DNA of 32,000 bases from Copranaerobaculum intestinale (GTDB lineage Bacteria; Bacillota_I; Bacilli_A; Erysipelotrichales; Erysipelotrichaceae), in contig NZ_WUUQ01000006.1 of the NCBI RefSeq assembly GCF_009831105.1, forward strand, positions 60,001 to 92,000, in the 5' to 3' direction. The notes below the pieces were generated by a model, which saw only the letters and a list, made by a program, of their open reading frames with translations, was not told the DNA's origin and ran no database searches. The position numbers were made by a program, and so were the translations under genes. This document shows, piece after piece, positions 8,509 to 16,444 of the stretch (position 1 is the stretch's first letter; every line of letters starts with the position of its first letter).

Positions 8509-10489
8509 GATTCAGCTCCTTATCTACCAATGCTTGAATCATATCCATATCTGCAAGATAAGGCATGGTGATGCTGTCGGTATCTTTCATTGTTTCATTA
8601 TAGCGGGCTGCTGTTTCTATAGAGTGATCATTGCCGGCCCAGCTGCGCCGAGCAACCCCGCCCATGACATCCCAAAGCATGGAGTTCCTTAAAATTTCAT
8701 CTACGCGTTCACTGCCGTCAAGCACTAAGCCGAAGCCGCCATTGATCGCTTTACCGATGCCGACACCGCCGCCGTTATGCAAAGCACATAAAGACATGCC
8801 GCGGGCCGCATTGCCGGCGAAACACTGGGTAGCCATATCGGCCATGAACTGTGAACCGTCTTTGATGTTGGAGGTTTCGCGGAATGGCGAATCCGTACCG
8901 GACACATCGTGATGATCACGACCCATCATGATCGGGCCGACAATTCCTTTACGAACCATATCATTGAATTTTAAACCGATGTTTAAACGTCCGAAAGCAT
9001 CCTGATATAGAATGCGGGCCTGCGTTCCGACCACCAGTTTATTGGCTTTGGCATCCTTGATCCATTTCCAGTTATCATAGTCCTGGAAGCGGCGATCCTT
9101 ATCAATGCAGTCCATTGCCGCCTGATCGGTTAGATCGAGGTCTTTTGGCTCACCGGACAGACATACCCAGCGGAACGGGCCATAGCCATAATCAAACAGT
9201 TCCGGTCCCAAAATATCTTCTACATAGGAAGGGAAGATAAAACCGTCTTTGTCATCTAAGCCATTTTTACTGATTTCTTTTATCCCGCTGTCAAATACAG
9301 CTTTCATGAAGCTGTTGCCGTAATCAAAGAAGTAGGTTCCCTGTTCATGAAGCTTACATATGCATGCAAAGTGTTTGCGAAGCGATGCGTCAACCAGACT
9401 GCGGAATGTATCGTGATCATTTTTTAAAAGCTCAGTACGTGTCGCAAAATCAATACCAACTGGACAGTAGCCGCCTTCATAGGCTTCATGGCAGGAGGTC
9501 TGATCGGACAAGATGTCAATTTTGATGTTATGATCGATCGCATAGCTCAGCAGATCAACGATATTGCCATGGAACGCAATCGCACAGGCGCGTTTTTCTG
9601 CCTGACATTTGTGAGCCAGATCAAAGGCATCCTGTTCACTTTCTACAACCTCATCAACCCAGCCCTGTGAATGACGGGTTTCAATCCGTGAACTGTCAAC
9701 CTCCGCAACAATCGCAACGCCGTTCGCAATCTTCGCCGCTTTGCCCTGAGCGCCGGACATGCCGCCTAAACCGGAGGATACAAACAGCATATGTTCCATA
9801 TCATTTTGTCCCGGATGAAGCATTCGTGCGGCGTTCAACAATGTGTTGTATGTGCCATGAACGATACCCTGCGGTCCGATATACATCCAGCCGCCGGCGG
9901 TCATTTGGCCATAATTTGCCACGCCTAATGCCGCGAAGCGCTTGAAATCTTCCAAATTATCAGCTTCTCCGACCATTAATGCATTGGTAATGATAACGCG
10001 GGGGGCATGCTTTTGAGAATGAAACAGTCCCAACGGATGACCGGATTCCATAACTAAGGTTTGCGTATCGGTTAATTGTTCAAGATATTTTTTGATTAAG
10101 CGATACTGCATCCAGTTTTGACAAACCTGTCCGGTTTCTCCATATGTTACCAGTTCATAAGGATACAGAGCAGTTTCAAAATCGAGATTGTTGTCAATCA
10201 TGACCTGAAAGGCTTTGCCCTCAATGCAGTTTCCTTTGTATGAATCAATGCTCTTACCGTAAATTCTTCCTTCCGGACGGAAACGATATCCATAGATACG
10301 GCCGCGTGTCATCAGTTCATCTAAAAATTCCGGTGCCAGCTCTTCGTGATATTCTTTCGGAATATAGCGCAGGGCATTGCGCAAGGCGAGAGCGATATCG
10401 GCTTTGGATAATTTTGCTTCCCGTTTAGGGGCACGGCGGATGCCTTCGACAAAGGCCGGGGTCGATTTTGGAATTTCCGTTAAAATCAT
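8501..10489 (-). CDS. hutU: Urocanate hydratase
   Basis: 662 aa, collinear with urocanase. Long conserved blocks include GGMSGAQ and GMSLCALHNGGGVGIGKAINGGFGLVLDGS. RBS AAAGGAGG is present. Confidence 0.93.
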   Translation of the reverse strand: MILTEIPKSTPAFVEGIRRAPKREAKLSKADIALALRNALRYIPKEYHEELAPEFLDELMTRGRIYGYRFRPEGRIYGKSIDSYKGNCIEGKAFQVMIDNNLDFETALYPYELVTYGETGQVCQNWMQYRLIKKYLEQLTDTQTLVMESGHPLGLFHSQKHAPRVIITNALMVGEADNLEDFKRFAALGVANYGQMTAGGWMYIGPQGIVHGTYNTLLNAARMLHPGQNDMEHMLFVSSGLGGMSGAQGKAAKIANGVAIVAEVDSSRIETRHSQGWVDEVVESEQDAFDLAHKCQAEKRACAIAFHGNIVDLLSYAIDHNIKIDILSDQTSCHEAYEGGYCPVGIDFATRTELLKNDHDTFRSLVDASLRKHFACICKLHEQGTYFFDYGNSFMKAVFDSGIKEISKNGLDDKDGFIFPSYVEDILGPELFDYGYGPFRWVCLSGEPKDLDLTDQAAMDCIDKDRRFQDYDNWKWIKDAKANKLVVGTQARILYQDAFGRLNIGLKFNDMVRKGIVGPIMMGRDHHDVSGTDSPFRETSNIKDGSQFMADMATQCFAGNAARGMSLCALHNGGGVGIGKAINGGFGLVLDGSERVDEILRNSMLWDVMGGVARRSWAGNDHSIETAARYNETMKDTDSITMPYLADMDMIQALVDKELNHD

Positions 10490-10492
10490 AGG

Positions 10493-12022
10493 TTATACCT
10501 CCTTTAATGTACAAGTATGTTCAACTGCCGCTAACAGGGATCCGTCATGGATCATGTCGGCAATCTGATGAATAAATGGATAGAATACCGTATCCTCTTC
10601 AAAGAACGGCACGGCCTTGCGAATGGTTTCGTAGGCTGGCTGAGTACCTTTTCCGAGTTTTCCGTTTTCCTGCAAATCAATAGCCTGAGTACTGCACAGC
10701 ATTTCCATTGCCAATACATCCTGAGTATTTTTCAGAATATCTTGCGCTTTGCGGGCAGCGATCGTTCCCATTGATACATGATCTTCCTGATTAGCACTGG
10801 ATGGAATGGAATCCACACTGGCCGGATGGGCGAGCACCTTGTTTTCAGAAACCAATGCCGCAGCCGCATACTGAACGATCATAAAGCCGGAGTTCAGGCC
10901 GCCCTTCGGCGTTAAGAAAGCGGGAAGATCATTGTTGAGCGCCGGATTGACCAAACGTTCCACACGGCGTTCTGCAATATTCGCCAGCTCGCTGATCGCA
11001 ATGCCTAAATAATCAAATGCCATCGCAACACTTTCGCCGTGGAAGTTGCCTCCGGATATCGCGTATTCATCTTCCACAAACAAAATGGGATTATCGGTTA
11101 CGGAGTTGATCTCAATTTCCAGCTTTTCAACGACATGGCGGATTGCATCCTTGCAGGCACCGTGTACCTGTGGCGCACAGCGAAGTACATAAGCATCCTG
11201 TACGCGTTTCTCTCCTTGATTGGTAATGCGTTCACTGCCGTCCAATAAATCTCTTACGTTATCCGCGGTGTGAATCTGCCCGCTATGCGGACGCACCGCG
11301 TGGACTCTTGCATCAAAGGCATCACGGATGCCTTCCAGCGCCTCCATGCTTAATGCCACCGATACATCGGCTAGCTTACTAGCCTGCAGTGCATCATAAG
11401 CGGTGATACAGCCAACTGCACACATAGCCTGCGTGCCATTGATCAGCGATAATCCCTCTTTGGCGCTTAATACGACCGGTTTGATGCCTGCCGCTTCCAT
11501 CGCTGCTTTTGAAGGCACCCTTTTTCCGTTCAGGAATGCTTCCCCTTCACCAATTAAAGTGAGCGCCATATGGGCAAGCGGACATAGGTCGCCGGACGCG
11601 CCCAAGCTGCCTTTCTCATATACCAAAGGATATACATCACGGTTCAGCATATTCACCAGGGTTTCTAAGGTGGAAAGCCGAATTCCGGAGAATCCTTGTG
11701 AAAGTGAGTTGATCCGCAGCAGCATCATCGCTCTTACGATTTCTTCGCTGAAGGGATCACCGACCCCAACCGCATGCGACATAATCAAATTGCGCTGCAG
11801 TTCTCCGGTTTCTTCTTTTGATATCAATGTATCGGAAAATTTACCGAAACCGGTTGTGATTCCATAACTTACCTTGCCCTGTTCGACAAAGTCTTTTACC
11901 ATTTGTTCCGCCTTGCGGATTTTTTCTTTTGCCTCATCGGATAAGGCAATTCTGCGGCGATTTCTCGCTACGTCAATTACATCATCCAAAACCAGATGAT
12001 GACCGTCTATCATCAATTCCAT
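10493..12022 (-). CDS. hutH: Histidine ammonia-lyase
   Basis: The GSLGASGDLCPLAH block contains the Ala-Ser-Gly triad that forms the MIO cofactor. I prefer the ATG at 12022 (MELMIDGHH...) because AAGGAG (12031-12036, minus strand) lies 8 nt upstream. The listed 12085 start adds 21 unsupported residues. Confidence 0.92.
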   Translation of the reverse strand: MELMIDGHHLVLDDVIDVARNRRRIALSDEAKEKIRKAEQMVKDFVEQGKVSYGITTGFGKFSDTLISKEETGELQRNLIMSHAVGVGDPFSEEIVRAMMLLRINSLSQGFSGIRLSTLETLVNMLNRDVYPLVYEKGSLGASGDLCPLAHMALTLIGEGEAFLNGKRVPSKAAMEAAGIKPVVLSAKEGLSLINGTQAMCAVGCITAYDALQASKLADVSVALSMEALEGIRDAFDARVHAVRPHSGQIHTADNVRDLLDGSERITNQGEKRVQDAYVLRCAPQVHGACKDAIRHVVEKLEIEINSVTDNPILFVEDEYAISGGNFHGESVAMAFDYLGIAISELANIAERRVERLVNPALNNDLPAFLTPKGGLNSGFMIVQYAAAALVSENKVLAHPASVDSIPSSANQEDHVSMGTIAARKAQDILKNTQDVLAMEMLCSTQAIDLQENGKLGKGTQPAYETIRKAVPFFEEDTVFYPFIHQIADMIHDGSLLAAVEHTCTLKEV

Positions 12023-12110
12023 AATATCAGCTCCTTTAGCTTTTATTATACTTGTTTTTAGGCCGGATTGACAGTGGGAAACCACAGGAAAATCACTGCG
12101 AATTTACGGG

Positions 12111-12125
12111 ATCATAAATTATGAT
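12111..12125. promoter_or_regulatory. Palindromic candidate operator ATCATAA-A-TTATGAT (copy 1) in the hutH/GRE divergent region
   Basis: Perfect 7-bp arms around one central nucleotide. The core CATAAATTATG recurs at 12230-12240. Confidence 0.35.
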
Positions 12126-12229
12126 AAAAATTTTGTATTTAAGTGTTCATTTATGTTCGATTTGCGGATTTATGTGGTCTGTAATCAAATTATTTTGTCA
12201 TATATATGTTCGGTTTCATAGGATAACAC

Positions 12230-12240
12230 ATAAATTATGA
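12230..12240. promoter_or_regulatory. Palindromic candidate operator CATAA-A-TTATG (copy 2)
   Basis: Identical 11-nt core to copy 1, about 117 bp away. It lies immediately upstream of the TTGACG -35-like hexamer (12248-12253) in front of the GRE gene. Confidence 0.3.
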
Positions 12241-12302
12241 ATGCCTATTGACGGTAAATGTTTGATTGTGTTACTTTGAAATCGTAAAAGGAGGAATACC
12301 CT

Positions 12303-14720
12303 ATGAAATGTTTAAGTTTTCAGCCTAAAAATAACGACTGCGATTTTGAGCGCATCGCACGTTTTCAGAAAGACATGAATATACGTACTGCTACCCTTTG
12401 TGCCGAACGTGCCGAGATCATCACGCGTTCGTTTCAGGAAACAGAAGGAGAGCCGATCGTAATTCGCCGTGCCAAGGCGTTTGCGGATATCTTGAAAGAA
12501 ATGACCATCTATATTCAGAAAGATTCCTTGATTATCGGCAATCAAGCCTGCCGTAATTTTGCGGCTCCGGTTTTCCCGGAATATTCCTATGATTGGGTAA
12601 TTGAGGAAATGGATGAATTTGCGCACCGCAGCGGTGACAGCTTTCAGGTTGATGAAGCTACGAAACAGCGGCTCCGTGCTTTAGAGGGCTATTGGATCGG
12701 CAAGACGCATAAGGATGAAGTATTGAAAAATCTTCCTTTGATCAATCGTGAAGCGGAAAAACAGAGTGTATTGCATCGGGGCGGCATCAGTATGTCCGGT
12801 GACGGCCATATTATCCCTAATCATGATTTTGTGTTGAAATATGGTTTTGGCGGTATGCGTGATATAGCGAAAGAGAAGCTGACACATGACGATCTTACCG
12901 AAGAACAGCGTGATTTTTATCAGGCATCGATACTTGCGATGGAGGGTGCTTTAACGTATATCAAGCGTTTTTCTGAGCTGGCGCTTCAGGAAGCAAAGCA
13001 CTGTACTGATGAAAAACGTGCCAAAGAGCTGGAAGCACTTGGTGAAATGTTTGCGACCTTCATGGAAGGCGGCGCCCGCAGTTTCCATGAAGCGGTTGAG
13101 GCAGTATATATGACACACCTGCTGATGATGATTGAAAGCAATGGACATTCTTTCTCTTTCGGGCGGTTTGATCAGTATGTCTGGCCGTATTATCAAGCAG
13201 ATATTGAATCTGGAAAACTCTCAAAAGAGAAAGCGCTGGAAATCATAACGCATTTCTTTATCATGACAAATTCTTTGAATAAGATTCGTCCATGGGATCA
13301 TACCCAGTACAGCGGCGGCTATCCGTTGTATTCCAATCTGATGGTCAGCGGCTTAAAGCCAAACGGAGAGGATGGAACCAATGATATTTCCTACCTGTGT
13401 TTAGAAGCGATGAATTTATCCATGCTTCCTGAGCCAAACTTATCTGTACGCTTTCATGAGCATACTCCGCATTCTTTGATGAAGGATGCGGCGAAGCTGA
13501 TCCGCAAAGGATTCGGCATGCCTTCAATTTTCTGCGATGAAGTATGCATTCCGGCGATGCAGTCACTGGGACTTGATTTAGCGGTAGCCCGCGATTATGC
13601 GTCAATGGGCTGTGTCGAAACGGCGATTCCGGGACGCTGGGGACATCGCGCAACCGGCATGACCTATGTGAATTTCGGAAAAATTCTGGAGCTTGTCATG
13701 AATAATGGTATGGATCCGGAAAGCGGAGTCCAGCTGGTGAAGCTGAACGGTGAACCCGGCCGTGACATCCACTATGAAAGTTATGAGGAAATCTGGCAGG
13801 CTTGGGAAAAGCTGCTTGCGTTCTATACCGGTTTGGCGGTGGACTGCGATCTGGTCTGTGATCGTTCCTTAAAGTATCATGATGCGGATGCATTTGCTTC
13901 CTGTACGGTAAACAGCTCCTTAGCGCGCGGTAAAACCTTGAAAAACGGCGGTGCAGAATATGACTATGTATCCAGCTCCAGCATCGGAATGTCGGTGGTC
14001 GGCGATTCCTTGGCGGCCATCAAAAAGCTGGTCTTTGAGGACAAGAAACTGACCTTGCAGCAGATCCGCGATGCGATGGATCACAATTTTGAAGGCCTGG
14101 AAGGCGCGAAGATTCGAAAGCTTTGCAAGCAGGCACCGAAATTCGGCAATGATGATGACTATGTCGATGAAATTGTTGCGGATGTTTATGAATCCTATCT
14201 GAAGCTGCTGCCGAGCTTTAAAACAGATCGTTATGGAAAAGGCCCAATCGGCTGTACCTATACGATGTCAACATCCAACATCACCTCCTATGTGCCGAAC
14301 GGCTTTGAAGTAGGGGCAACCCCGGACGGCCGTTTAGCTACCAAACCGCTGAACGAAGGGGCATCACCTTGCCTAGGCGCTGATAAAGAGGGACCGACGG
14401 CTGTGATCAATTCCATTTCCAAGCTGCCTAATAAGCGCATGGCGGGAGGACAGCTGCTGAATATGCGCTTCTCTCCGAATGCGTTGGACGGTGAAGAAAA
14501 CTTAGAGAAATTTACCCGGTTCATGGAAGCGGGACGTAACAAGAATATTTTTCATAATCAATTTAATATCGTTGACTCGGAAACCTTGAAAAAGGCCAAA
14601 GCACATCCGGAAGAATATCCGGATCTGATGGTGAGAGTAGCCGGCTATTGCGCGTTATTCTCAACCCTGATGCCGGAAGCGCAGGATGCGATCATCGCAC
14701 GGACGGAACTGAGCTGGTAA
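12303..14720 (+). CDS. Glycyl radical enzyme, PFL-like superfamily, eliminase (dehydratase/lyase) class; PflD/YbiW-like context
   Basis: 805 aa. C-terminal glycyl-radical motif MVRVAGY (Gly781, nt 14643-14645). Cys loop MGCVETA (Cys437 at nt 13611-13613, Glu439), not the Cys-Cys pair of pyruvate formate-lyase. Conserved blocks include IESNGHSFSFGRFDQY, PNLSVRFH, KFGNDDDYVD and TPDGR. RBS GGAGG lies 8 nt upstream. Confidence 0.92.
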   Translation: MKCLSFQPKNNDCDFERIARFQKDMNIRTATLCAERAEIITRSFQETEGEPIVIRRAKAFADILKEMTIYIQKDSLIIGNQACRNFAAPVFPEYSYDWVIEEMDEFAHRSGDSFQVDEATKQRLRALEGYWIGKTHKDEVLKNLPLINREAEKQSVLHRGGISMSGDGHIIPNHDFVLKYGFGGMRDIAKEKLTHDDLTEEQRDFYQASILAMEGALTYIKRFSELALQEAKHCTDEKRAKELEALGEMFATFMEGGARSFHEAVEAVYMTHLLMMIESNGHSFSFGRFDQYVWPYYQADIESGKLSKEKALEIITHFFIMTNSLNKIRPWDHTQYSGGYPLYSNLMVSGLKPNGEDGTNDISYLCLEAMNLSMLPEPNLSVRFHEHTPHSLMKDAAKLIRKGFGMPSIFCDEVCIPAMQSLGLDLAVARDYASMGCVETAIPGRWGHRATGMTYVNFGKILELVMNNGMDPESGVQLVKLNGEPGRDIHYESYEEIWQAWEKLLAFYTGLAVDCDLVCDRSLKYHDADAFASCTVNSSLARGKTLKNGGAEYDYVSSSSIGMSVVGDSLAAIKKLVFEDKKLTLQQIRDAMDHNFEGLEGAKIRKLCKQAPKFGNDDDYVDEIVADVYESYLKLLPSFKTDRYGKGPIGCTYTMSTSNITSYVPNGFEVGATPDGRLATKPLNEGASPCLGADKEGPTAVINSISKLPNKRMAGGQLLNMRFSPNALDGEENLEKFTRFMEAGRNKNIFHNQFNIVDSETLKKAKAHPEEYPDLMVRVAGYCALFSTLMPEAQDAIIARTELSW

Positions 14721-14722
14721 GT

Positions 14723-15631
14723 ATGGTACAGGGACGAGTTTCCAAACTCCAGCGTTATGCGACCAAGGATGGACCGGGCCTTCGCACGACCGTATTTATG
14801 ACCGGATGCAACCTTCGCTGTAAATGGTGTGCCAATCCGGAGATGCTGAATGCAAAGGGCGGTATGTTCTATTATAAGGAACGCTGTCAGCACTGTGGAA
14901 TTTGTGTCCAGATGGCGGCTTTGGGAACGATCACATTTGCGGAAATCGGATGTGCAATCGACCGGGAACACTGCGGTGATCTGGAGCCGATCAAGGACGC
15001 TTGTCCGTTTGAAGCTTATGAAAGCACCAGTCAGCTCATGGACTGTGAAACGCTGGTGCATAAGCTGCTACGGGATCGTGAATTCTATGAGAACAGCAAT
15101 GGCGGAGTTACCTTCTCCGGCGGAGAAGCCGGACTGCAGGATGATTTTCTGTATGCGTGTGCCGCCAAGCTGCGCCAAGCGGGCATCCATACCGCTTTGG
15201 ATACGGCAGGATTGCTGGAGCCTCAAAGATTGTTAAGGCTTTGTCAGGTATTTGATTTGGTGCTGTATGACATCAAAGCATTTGACGCGGATATTCATAA
15301 ACGTTGTACCGGTGTTGACAATACTTTGATTTTAGAAAATGCCAAGCTGCTGTGTAAACAAAAGATGCCGATGATCGTACGGATGATCGTTGTGCCTGGC
15401 ATGAATGATGATCCCGCGGACATAACCGCCCGCCTGCAATTCGTGAAATCCTTGGGATCAAGTGTGAAACAGGTCGATTTACTGCCTTATCATAACCTTG
15501 GCGAAGGAAAATATGATAAACTTGGTATGACATATGAATTACATGATATTGGAAAAATGAGTGATGAACGCATGGAAGCCATCAAGCAGGAAGGTCAAAA
15601 GCTCGGCCTGCATATGACGATCGGCGGATAA
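14723..15631 (+). CDS. Glycyl-radical-enzyme activating enzyme (radical SAM)
   Basis: The ATG lies 2 nt after the GRE stop. CNLRCKWC (Cys29/33/36, nt 14807-14830) is the CX3CX2C radical-SAM motif. A Cys-rich ferredoxin-like insert follows (CQHCGICV ... CAIDREHCGDLEPIKDACP). The listed 14648 start overlaps the GRE and is unsupported. Confidence 0.9.
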   Translation: MVQGRVSKLQRYATKDGPGLRTTVFMTGCNLRCKWCANPEMLNAKGGMFYYKERCQHCGICVQMAALGTITFAEIGCAIDREHCGDLEPIKDACPFEAYESTSQLMDCETLVHKLLRDREFYENSNGGVTFSGGEAGLQDDFLYACAAKLRQAGIHTALDTAGLLEPQRLLRLCQVFDLVLYDIKAFDADIHKRCTGVDNTLILENAKLLCKQKMPMIVRMIVVPGMNDDPADITARLQFVKSLGSSVKQVDLLPYHNLGEGKYDKLGMTYELHDIGKMSDERMEAIKQEGQKLGLHMTIGG

Positions 15632-15646
15632 CTGGAGGGAATGGAC

Positions 15647-16321
15647 ATGAAATTATTATTGGATACAGCGAATTTAGAAGACATCAAAGAGGGGATGGAG
15701 TACTATCCCATGATCGGCGTTACGACGAATCCTTCGATCTTAGCGAAAAGCGGCGAGCCGATGTTTGACCATCTGCGGAAAATCCGTCAGATCATCGGCA
15801 GAGATAAGCTGTTATTTGCCCAGGTAATGGGTGAAACCTATGAGGAAATGATGGCGGATGCGAAACGCATGGTGGAAGAGGTCGATGAGGATCTGCACAT
15901 CAAGGTGCCGATGACGCAGGAGGGCCTGAAAGCGATCAAGGCGATGAAAGCCCAGGGCTATAAAGTGCTGGCCACAGCGGTATTCTCTGCCCAGCAAGCG
16001 ATGCTTGCGGGAGCGGCCGGAGCCGATTTTGTCGCACCGTATATCTCCCGGATGATGCAGGCGGGCATGGATGCCTATGCGATCATTGAGGAGATTGCGA
16101 TCGCCTATGAAGAACACAGCATCGAAACCAAGATCATTGCGGCCTCTTTTAAGCATAGTGTGCAGGTTGAAAAATGTATTTTGGCAGGTTCTCCTTACAT
16201 TACCGCTACGCTGCCGATCTATAAGCAGATGCTGGCAGAACCGCTGACCGATGTTGCGGTCAAAGGATTTCAGAGTGACTGGCAGAATGCTTTTGATGGC
16301 GTGCTGCCGCACAAAATGTAA
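15647..16321 (+). CDS. fsa: Fructose-6-phosphate aldolase-type enzyme (transaldolase family 3B, FSA subtype)
   Basis: Collinear with E. coli FSA as I recall it. Numbered from the ATG at 15647 it has Asp6 (LLLDTA), Gln59 (LFAQVM), the Schiff-base Lys86 (HIKVP) and Tyr132 (VAPYISR). GGAGG (15634-15638) is 8 nt from 15647 but only 2 nt from the listed 15641 ATG. Confidence 0.85.
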   Translation: MKLLLDTANLEDIKEGMEYYPMIGVTTNPSILAKSGEPMFDHLRKIRQIIGRDKLLFAQVMGETYEEMMADAKRMVEEVDEDLHIKVPMTQEGLKAIKAMKAQGYKVLATAVFSAQQAMLAGAAGADFVAPYISRMMQAGMDAYAIIEEIAIAYEEHSIETKIIAASFKHSVQVEKCILAGSPYITATLPIYKQMLAEPLTDVAVKGFQSDWQNAFDGVLPHKM

Positions 16322-16327
16322 CAGCTA

Positions 16328-16367
16328 AAACGGCAGGATGTCAAAAAGTGACATCAGCCGTTTTTTT
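16328..16367 (+). terminator. Rho-independent terminator ending the GRE-activase-fsa operon
   Basis: ACGGCAGGATGTCA / TGACATCAGCCGT stem (one bulge) followed by TTTTTTT. Confidence 0.75.
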
Positions 16368-16394
16368 ATATTCTTGTAGTCGGTAAAAAAAGCG

Positions 16395-16403
16395 TGCTAT
16401 AAT
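16395..16403 (+). promoter_or_regulatory. Extended -10 promoter element (TGCTATAAT) for the LevR-like regulator gene
   Basis: TGnTATAAT match about 40 nt upstream of the ATG at 16445. Confidence 0.45.
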
Positions 16404-16444
16404 GCAGATACAAAAATTTGATACACGAGCGGAGGACGGTCGAT

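Noticed and set aside
12041-12056. TATAAT (minus strand, 12045-12050) as the hutH promoter
   Set aside because: A -10 match exists, but the -35 is poor, and the predicted start would fall within 1-2 nt of the RBS. It may be real with an activator, but the support is too weak to list as a feature.
12023-12085. N-terminal extensions offered by the ORF track (hutH 12085, activase 14648, levR-like 16418, cutC 22690, nagB 26778, EIID 20491, ABC 3740, fsa 15641)
   Set aside because: In every case an internal ATG has a properly spaced AGGAGG-like RBS and matches the usual family N-terminus. The extensions overlap upstream genes or lack an RBS.
12276-12290. Possible CcpA cre site TTGAAATCGTAAAAG just upstream of the GRE RBS
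   Set aside because: Only the left half and the central CG match WTGNAANCGNWNNCW. The right half-site fails (no C at the conserved position). It is too weak to call.
12303-14720. Calling the GRE a pyruvate formate-lyase (pflB)
   Set aside because: The Cys loop is GCVE rather than the PFL Cys-Cys pair. The activase has the ferredoxin-like insert that PflA lacks. The genomic context is FSA/PTS rather than fermentation genes.
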